A stretch of 64,000 bases of DNA. Origin: Paraspadella gotoi. Its lineage: Eukaryota; Animalia; Chaetognatha. Under the pieces are notes generated by a model. It made no database searches. It had not been told where the DNA came from and saw only the letters and a program-made list of their open reading frames with translations. The number at the start of each line of letters is the position of its first letter. Position 1 is the stretch's first letter. Made by a program: the position numbers and the translations under genes. The stretch is taken from the NCBI GenBank assembly GCA_051294375.1, contig CM119266.1, forward strand, positions 17,540,087 through 17,604,086. The letters run 5' to 3'. Shown here piece by piece: positions 38,303 through 48,038 of this stretch.

Positions 38303-38876
38303 GCTGGACCAGTTTTCCCGCCAACGAAGACAAATCAGAATTTTTAGGGAAAAAATCCACGAAAATCTCGGATGTAAATTTGGGATTTTGTATTGAGAAA
38401 AAAAGCGCGGAATAAATTGGCGATAATAAAAGTTTTTAGAAGGAAAAAAAAAGAGAAGAGAGAAAGAGAAGAGAGAAGAGAGAGAGAGAGAGAAAGAGAG
38501 AAGAGAGTAGCTGGACAGCCGCTGGAGCGCCGCTGGACCGCCGCTGCAGAGCTGAACTCCATTTTCAGACGAATATGTGTAGGGACGAACTCTTTTTCCT
38601 TTCTATAAAAAAAAATATTACAAAATAATATTTTGGGTATAGAGCCATATAAAAAATTTTTTTGTACATTGAAAGTAAACTTAAAAATGCATAAATTTCG
38701 TTGTAGCATGTTCTCATACTAAATTTTTGATTCCCCCCATTGAGAGGGGCTACCCCTTATTCAGAAGAAAAAAAAACTTGAATAAAGCTAAACTCTTTTC
38801 AATAATAATGATTCCAAAAATTATAATCCCTATTAACGAAAATATATAGTTGAAATTACTCAGTTAACGACTATGA
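32991..38876 (-). repeat. Indel-rich inverted copy of 40472-46027 (probable unpolished long-read gap fill)
   Basis: Collinear reverse-complement matches: 32991~46027, 34496~44639, 35173~43998, 37200~42080, 38876~40472. Differences are mostly 1-nt indels plus a G-run at ~33410-33439. Confidence 0.9.
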
Positions 38877-39355
38877 TATTTTTGACTTCCAAATATTTTT
38901 TTTTCTTCATTTTAAAAAAATTTTAATCTTGAATGAAATTTTTGATTGTTCTTATTTTAGGAAGAAACCAGACCGAGGTCAAATTTTATATTTGCATATT
39001 TAATTAATTTATAATAGTTATCACAACTCAATATAATTATTATTTAAAAAAAAAAAATGATTAAATATATAACACTAAAATATTTATAATTAATAATAGT
39101 ATAAATTATCAGAATAAACAAAAAAAGTAATGTTTAATTTGACTATATCTCTCTTATCACTCCTATTTTAGATATAATTTGCCAATAGTGGGCCAACCGT
39201 TCAAAGTTACAATAATAAATAATACAAAATTTATTTTTTTAAAATGTAATGCATATTGTTTGCCGAAAGTGCTGCATATATAATAAGTCACATTAGCTGA
39301 TTTACATGTGACAATGCATGTCAATATAAGTTATCTTTCACTTTTTTTAAAATGT

Positions 39356-40228
39356 ATCCACGAAAATCTCGGATGTAAATTTGGGATTTTGTATTGAGAA
39401 AAAAGCCCCAAATAAAAGTTTTTAGAAAAAAAAAACATAATCAATAATTTTTCAAAAAAAGACGATCACGCAAGAGATCGTAAAGAGAGAAAGAGAAAGA
39501 GAGAGAAGAGAGACAAGCTGGACAGCTGCTTGAAGGCCGCTGTACAGTCATGCAGAAACTGAACTCGTTTTTTCTGAAATAAAAGAAATAAAAAGAAATA
39601 AAAGAAAATAAAAGAAAGGCAAAAAATGTTACAATGGTTTACAATTGGAAAATTTTTCCAATTTTTCCAATCGCAGCTTGTAAAAGATTTTATTTTTATT
39701 TGTATTAAATTAAGATATAGCTTCTCATTAAAAAGTTATTTTGAGTTCCCATTTTTATTAGAGATTTAAAAAAAAATTTTTGAATTTCATCTTCAATATT
39801 ATATACTGCAATATTAAATTAGATTAAGCATTTCTATATACTAATTTGGATATGATATGAGTACTATAATCTCATTTGCATATTGCAGTAAATATAATGA
39901 AGTGGAAATTCAAACAAAAATACTAAAAATCCAAATGTAATAAGAAAATATCAAGAGCTATTTCAAGATGAGAAGCCATATCTAAATTTTTAACTTACTA
40001 TGAATGCACACTTTTGTAAAACTTTATCATAATTCATAATAATTTTTATTTTAAAAAAACGGTAAGTCACAGCCAAACCTATAAAAGCGTAGTAGTTTTT
40101 ATTAAAAACAGAGTGACGGCCGACGACGACGACGACGCCGACGACGACGACTACGACCGACGACGACGACGACGACGACGAGACACTACGTCACAAAGAA
40201 GCTCACCGAATCAATATCAAAGCCTGAA
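39356..40228 (-). mobile_element. Second, diverged copy of the Helentron-like element body, truncated at its hairpin
   Basis: Direct similarity to 43048-43968 including the (GAC)n tract; it ends at agcctgaa. Confidence 0.65.
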
Positions 40229-40471
40229 ATTTTTTGTTTTTTTTTTGCTTTGCGTAGTTTTGTTGGTTAAAAATTTAAAATCAAGATCGACAGTCAAGAG
40301 ATCAGTCGTTGAAGAAATTATAGGTAAGAATGATAATTTTTGGATGTGCGCGGCCACTCTTTCAAAAATATGCTTTGAAGTTTTACTTTTCCGTTTTAAA
40401 CTAGGTTTCACATTTTAAGTACAAGGTTTCAAGAACTAGAATAAAAAACATCATATTTCAAACTGTCATTT

Positions 40472-40833
40472 TCATAGTCGTTAACTGAGTATTTTCAACT
40501 ATATATTTTGTTAATAGGATTATAATTTTTGGATCATTATTATTGAAAAGAGTTTAGCTTTTATCAAGTTTTTTTTCTTCTGAATAGGGGTAGCCCCTCT
40601 CAATGGGGGGAATCAAAAATTTAGTATGAGAACATGCTCAAACGAAAATTTATGCATTTTTAAGTTTACTTTTCAATGTACAAAAATTTTTTATATGGCT
40701 CTATACCCAAATATTTATTTTTTGTAATATTTTTTTATAGAAAGGAAAAGAGTTCGTCCCTACACATATTCGTCTGAAAATGAGTTCAGCTCTGCAGCGG
40801 CGGTCCAGCGGCGGTCCAGCGGCTGTCCAGCTA

Positions 40834-40889
<56 letters not shown>

Positions 40890-41028
40890 CCTTCTAAAAA
40901 CTTTTATTATCGCCATTTATTCCGCGCTTTTTTTTCTCAATACAAAATCCCAAATTTACATCCGAGATTTTCGTTGGATTTTTTCCCTAAAAATCTGATT
41001 GCGTTCGTTGGCGGGAAAAACTGTCCAG

Positions 41029-41068
<40 letters not shown>

Positions 41069-41563
41069 ACTCATACACGCATTTGTTTGTTTTATTTACG
41101 ATGAATGAATGACTATCATCGCATCAATGAATGACTATCATCATGGCTTGATCCTTATGCTTTTTAAGATTTTTTTTTTAACATTTAAGATAAACCATAT
41201 TTATTTCTTCTTTTTTTTTCTAATTAATATTTCTTTATTGTTCACATTTAAAGAGATAATTCTATCAAATCTAATAAAAATAAATCTTAAAAGCAATAGG
41301 GATCGAGCCGCTTTCGATGGTAACCAAATATTGATGCGATGATAACCAAATATATTGACGCGATGATAACCAATAATTGATGCGATGATAACAAAATGAC
41401 TGATGTGATGATAATCAAATGATTTTTGCGATGATAGTCATTCATTGATATGATGATAATCATTCATTGATACGATGATAGTCATTCATTGATGCGATGA
41501 TAGTAATTCACTGACGCGATGAATCATTCATCGTAAATAAAACAAACAAATGCGTGTATGAGT

Positions 41564-41607
<44 letters not shown>

Positions 41608-41780
41608 CTGGACAGTTTTCCCGCCAACGAAACGCATTATTAGGTCTCTCTCGTTTATATAAAGAATAATCAGAATTTTTAGGAAAAAACATCCACGAAA
41701 ATCTCGGATGTAAATTTGGGATTTTTATTGAGAAAAAAGCGCGGAATAAATGGCGATAATAAAAGTTTTTAGAAGGAAAA

Positions 41781-41875
<95 letters not shown>

Positions 41876-41970
41876 AAAAGAAGCCATATAAGAAATTTTT
41901 TGTACATTGAAAAATTATAATCCCTATTAACAAAATATATAGTTGAAAATACTCAGTTTAACGACTATGA
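40472..41970. repeat. Foldback structure: arms ~40472-41140 and ~41480-41970 around a ~20-bp GATGCGATGATAACCAAATATT array
   Basis: 40473-40530 is the reverse complement of 41911-41969, and 40840-41130 matches 41500-41880. A ~100-bp module (aaatccacgaaaatctcggatgtaaatttggg...tttttagaagg) recurs at ~39356, 41690, 42300 and 43048, and inverted at ~40900. Confidence 0.8.
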
Positions 41971-42452
41971 TATTTTTTGACTTCCAAATAATAATAATAA
42001 TATCGCGTTATTCGCGTTATTAGGTCATGTTCCTTGACATTGTTTACTCGTTTTCTTCGCAACGGCCACGAAATCCAGGTAAAGAGAAAAAAGCGCGGAA
42101 TAAATGGTGATAATAAAAGTTTTTAGAAGGAAAAAAATAATCAGAGAGAGGCAGAGAGAGAGAGAAATAAAAAGAAAAACCGTATTTCTTTCCAATTATA
42201 TCGGTTATCCGTTGCCTCGCAACGGCGGCGTGATCTCGGTCAAGTTGATCCTATTATACACGTAACGGTCAAGTAAGTTATTCTTCACATTTTCTCAAAA
42301 AAATCCACGAAAATCTCAGATATAAATTTGGGATTTTGTATTGAAAAAAAAAGTGCGGAATAAATGGCGATAATAAAAGTTTTTAGAAGGAAAAAAAATA
42401 ATCAGAATTTTTCAAAAAACGAACGATCACGCAAGAGATCGTAAAGAGAGAA

Positions 42453-42520
<68 letters not shown>

Positions 42521-43047
42521 AGCTGAACAGACGCTGCATAGGCGGAACTCGTTTACTCGTCGCCAAATTAAAATATAGTTTACTATATACTAATTTGATA
42601 TTGCAGTAAGTACTATAATCTAATTAGCATATTGCAGTAAATTATAATGAAGTGGAAATTCAAACAAAAAATACTTGAATCGATATGAAACAAAGAAAAT
42701 GGACACACATTTCAAATTCATCACTGCCTCACTAATGGAACTTGATAACTAGATACATTGTTTGGTAGTTAAACCATAAACCGGCAAAAATAGGCAGTAA
42801 AAAAATGATCGGCATATAGCATACAATCCGGCATATTCAAATTGTGAAAAAAATTTAAGATTTTTCGCTCAACAACATTGGACAGAGTATGAAAAGATTT
42901 CCTCTGGCAATGTAAATCTGTATTAAATATGCTATTTGCTTAATTATATATTTTTTCTTTAATAACAATCATGTTAGAGACGGAGAGAAATGGAGAGAAG
43001 CGTAAAATTTCTGACGTATGAGTTATTCTTCACTTTTTCTAAAATAA

Positions 43048-43161
43048 ATCCACGAAAATCTCGGATGTAAATTTGGGATAATGGTGATAATAAAAGTTTT
43101 TAGAAGGAAAAAAATAATCAGAATTTTTCAAAAAACGAACGATCACGCAAAAAATCGTACA

Positions 43162-43204
<43 letters not shown>

Positions 43205-43998
43205 GGTCACAGAGAGAGACACAGAGAGAGACAGACACAGAGAGAAACAAAGCTGGACAGCTGCTGGAAGGCCGCTGTACAGTCATTGCAGAGACTGAAC
43301 TCGTTTTCTCTAAAAAAGAAAAATATATATATGTAATTTAAAGAAATAAAAGAAGGCAAAAATATGTTACAATTGTTTACAATTGGAAATTTTTCCAATT
43401 TTTTCCAATCGCAGCTTGTAAAAGATTTTATTTTTATTTGTATTAAAATTAAGATATAGCTTCTCATTAAAAAGATATTTTGAGTTCCCATTTTTATTAT
43501 ATTTTTTAAAAAATTTTTTTGAATTTCATCTTCAATATTATATACTGCAATATGTAAATTAGATTAAAGCATTTATATATACTAATTTGGATGTTATAAT
43601 GAGTACTTTAATCTCATTTGCATATTGCAGTAAATCATAATGAAGTGGAAATTCAAACAAAAAAATACTTAAATCCAAATGTAATATGAAAATATCACAG
43701 CTATTTCAAGATGAAAAGCCATATCTAAATTTTTAACTTACTATGATCGCACACTTTTGTAAAACTTTATCATAATTCATAATAATTTTTATTTAAAAAA
43801 AAAACGGTAAGTTACAGCCAAACCTATAAAAGCGTAGTAGTTTTTATATAAAAACAGCGGTGACGCCCGACGACGACGACGACGACGCCGACGACGACGA
43901 CTACGTCACAAAGAAGCAAACCTAAAACATTATAGANNNNNNNNNNNNNNNNNNNNNNNNNGCCTGAACCGGCTTCGCCGGTCATGGCTCGATAAAAA
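43048..43998 (-). mobile_element. Helentron-associated (DINE-1/HINE-like) non-autonomous element, 5' part
   Basis: On the minus strand: a T-run, the hairpin GAGCC-atg-ACCGGC-GAA-GCCGGT-tca-GGCTC, then a (GTC)n microsatellite ~40 bp downstream. This is the known DINE-1/HINE layout; the 3' end is not defined. Confidence 0.65.
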
Positions 43999-44638
43999 TG
44001 ACAAGCTTTACTACACCATGTCACGTCTGTCACTGGATCACTAGTCGCCCATCAAATCAAATTTAACGATATCTTTATTCAGATTCCTTCCCGAATCTGT
44101 TGCCAAACGACGCCAAAGTGCAAAAATTTCTTGTGACTGAGAATTCATGTTTCCTGAAAGCCTCTTTTTCTCTCTTTCTTTCTTTTTCTTGTCGCTTTCT
44201 CTTTATCTTTCTTTCTCGCCGCCGACAAGTGAAAAGGCTTTCAGAAAATCAGTTTGCCAATTCGATTATATCTATGTGGAATAAGGAAACTTCGAGGAAA
44301 AAGATTATATCAACAAAGATCAAGGAGAGGACCATCTTTTTCCTCTCTCTCTTTCTCTTTTTCATTCTACTGTTGGATAGAAGCGTATCCTTTTCAAAAT
44401 CTAGAATATCATTCCGATTACATGATACTCGTTGATCTTCAAAGAAAAACAGTTAAATTTGTGAAAGCAACTTTGTACAGAATGCACAGAATGCTCGCAA
44501 TTTCAATGAACAATTTTGGGATTTTATATAATATTATTTTATCCTCTATTTTAAATACAATTTCCTATAAAATTAAAGGATTAATAATTTTTTTTAAATT
44601 TTAAAATATTCTTCTCTAACCATCATTTTTTTAAAAGG

Positions 44639-47415
44639 ATGAATTTTCAAGTCATCATTCTGATCTCAATATGTGGGCTAAACATTCTGGACATCATAAC
44701 AGACTTAAAAACTATGAAAGAATATATCGGGAAAAAAAACAGTAATTGGCTACAAAAAATTGGATATGCTGTTGGATACTTTGTATTAATCCATTGTTTG
44801 GTCTCCGCCATATATGGCCTCAATCTTTTGTCCAAACAAAGAAGTCACTATGATCGACTCTTTCACAAAAAATGGATTCAAACACTGACAGTTGTTTTGT
44901 TTGTTTTAGGTTTGGGTTCAATACCAGTCTCAATTGATTTATATTTGGATAGAAATATTAAAAATCAAAATGTACTAGACGCCAAAGAAAGGTTTGGTCT
45001 GTTTCTTAATCTGATTCAATGCCTGACAGAAGGATTTCCCCAACTTGTTGTACAAACCCTTGGATTGGCTTTTACTCTTACGGGTGCAAACAGTAAAAAA
45101 CATTGTTTTCCCATAAATGTTTTAAATTCAAGTTACTATCTAAGATACCTGCCAGACTGTTCTAACGACTTTGTACCTAATATATATAGATACCAAATAT
45201 GGAATCAAACAAGTAACCTTTATGAAATAAAATCAGATTCTTTAAAAAAAACAAATGAAACCTGTACTTGCAAATCAATTAGATCCAACTTAGGACATAT
45301 GGAATATGTGTGTCAATGGAGTATCAAAGATAATGTTTTTATGTTATTTTCGATTGCTATGTCTTTAATAGGCATTGCAAATGGTGCATCAGGCTTTCGA
45401 AAATTATTATTTCAAGCAAAGGAACGGTATACTTGTTCCAAAATGTTGCTAAAACTTTGGGAAATATCTGCGAAGATTCAGGGCTTAATTGGAGCATCAG
45501 TATGTTTGTATCTTATTTTTAGCTTTACGGTAAAAGTAAATTTATGGTTTGCAATTTTGACTGCATTGATTCCATTGCGAGTGATTACTCCTGAAGAAAT
45601 GAAATTATTATTTAAATCAATGATATTCCATGGCAGAGCAGACTATCAAAAAGTAATTAATACTCAAAAACCAAACATGGCACAAATAATTTTAATTTCC
45701 CTCTCAAGTTTGTTTTTGTTTTCTTTTTTTAATGAAATTGAGTATAGTATAGTAGTTTCTGAATACAATATTGACCCTTTCTTAAGTTCTAACTATCCTT
45801 CAAATACACGTTTATGGGGTTTGGCAAATCTTAAAAATGAAAATATGGCTCGCCTTTTATTTTATCACAATATATGGAGATTCAATGTTGAGCACAAAAA
45901 ACCTATATTAAAAATGTTAAATAAAAATACCTGTAAAAAATCGTTTTACTTGTACATGAATTCAACTGCTTGGAAAATATATAATAATGAAATCACCACT
46001 GATTGCCTTTTTTTCCAAGGCACAAGTGATGGTAGTGAAGGTAAATGGCAACCACATCTTTTTTTCAAACATAAAGATGGAGATGAAAAAAATTGCAAAT
46101 CTCCTCAACGTAAACGACTAAAAACAAAAAAATTTGGCCAAAAAGTCAATACGTTTCCTAATTTAGTTCTGAGATTAGGAAATTATAAGCTAATGACTCC
46201 AAAATATACGACCATTTTGCTTATGTTAATTTTCGATTTTTTTGCCAGTTTTATTTCTAATTGTCTACACCTCTTGATGGAAAAAAATTTTTTATACTAC
46301 CATAAATATCTATTGGCTATCTTTAGCTTCAATTCCTTACTTTTTTTAAATTATTTTTTATCACATAATTTTAACCTTAAAATCTATCAAAAATCAGATT
46401 CATGGCACAATCTGATGGAATTGTATGAAATATTTTTAAGGGACTTATTAGAAACAAAGAAATTTAGTCTAAGCTTTCCTAAATTAGAACACTACTCTTT
46501 TCAGGAATTTAATAAAAAAAGAAATTTTTGGATTTTTTGGCCAGGAGTGAAGAAAAGGTGGAAAACATTTAAAATCAAGGAGTTGTCTTTAATACAAGAG
46601 CAAAAGCACACTTGCAATAGATCATTATCTTACTTTTATATAATTATTTTGAGTATATTTATCTTTTCAAGATTTAAAAGAATTAAGATTAAAAAAATAA
46701 GAAATCAAGTATTAACATATATGTTTATCATTTTTTCCTCGTTAATTTCGCAAATTGTGATATTTTATACTCCAAAAATGATAAAAGCTAAATATTTTAG
46801 TAGGAACCAAACCGTTTGCTTATCAAATTTTTATTTAAATAAAAATTATAAATTATGGCTAATGTCTTGGATTTATATACAAAATAATATATTTTTTTTA
46901 TACTTTTTAATGACACTTCCAATTCTATATTTGATGAATAAATCAATACGTTTTAAAGTTTTTAATATTCCATTCAAGTTAACACCAGCAACTTTGCTAA
47001 TAATTTATTTTTTATGTTACATTTCTTTTCCAAAGGATAATAAAGTAATACGACTGAAAGAATTAAAAGAAAAAACCAGAAAACTTGCTTTCATAAACCA
47101 AGCATGGGCTGCTGATTATGATGATATGCAATATAGGTCAGTGGAAATGATTATTTTGCAAGAATTTTCAATGTTTGAATTCAATTGTAAACAATACAGT
47201 AGAAAAAAAAATTCAAGAAAAGCATGAAATTATTGTTCAAAAGTGCTAAACTTATAATGGATGAAAGTGAATTTTTAAATTACTATCTAGACAATTATAT
47301 AAAGACAAGGTTCGCCTTGTTAGAACATCTTATTGATAAAAAACAATCAAATGGTTTATTTTTTTTTGCTTTTATTCTCGTGACTTTACCTGCACTTATT
47401 ATCATCTTAGAATAA
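44639..47415 (+). CDS. Intronless multipass membrane protein with XK-related (Xkr) motifs, paralog A, ~925 aa after correcting a 1-nt homopolymer frameshift
   Basis: ORFs 44639-47227 and 47224-47415 are collinear with paralog B; one extra A in the run 47203-47211 fuses them. Motifs LDIITDL, TEGFPQLVVQ and FSIAMSLIGIANG occur in the XK-family order (DxxTD, E-S-A-P-Q-L-x-L-Q, SxxxSLxSxAW). Confidence 0.75.
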
Positions 47416-48038
47416 AATGTTTTGGTTAAAGATGTTATACTCGTCTCTCTCAGTTCACAATGTAAAACTGTAGTATCTGTATACTTTTCTCCCGCCTCGA
47501 TTTATGACAGTTTTGCGTTTTAGTTATCGATTTAATTTTCACCAAAAATGTTTACCCGGAGAAACTTAGGAGAAACGAGTCTCTAAGGAATTGTGCTGAG
47601 AAGTTGATAAACTTTTAAATATTCAATATTTATTTAATACTAAATGTTTATCTCTGTGAACAGTTTTTATCGTTCTTTTCTTTTCATATTCATGAAAATT
47701 GTATGCTCTTTCTTTTTAATAATTTATACTATTAATATATAAATACATTTAACATTATAAAATTACTAAAAGAAAACCAAACCAAAGGAACTTATTCTTT
47801 TATTATTTAAAATCCTTAAAAATTCTTTAAATACATAATGTTGCACTTTTTATCTAAAAATCTATTCTTTGATAACAAAATCTATTATCCTATTATCATG
47901 TGCAATTATTGAGAGAAAGTAAAAGTATTAAACTCTTAAACTAAATTATTTATTAAAATACAATTCCCTGAAAAATTGACTGATTTAAATTCGTTTATAT
48001 TGAAGATTATATACTCATTTTTTATAACAGTTTTTAAG

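Noticed and set aside
47203-47227. Programmed frameshift or separate 63-aa gene after XK-like A
   Set aside because: Paralog B is continuous here and the shift lies in a 9-A homopolymer in an indel-prone assembly; sequencing error is more likely.
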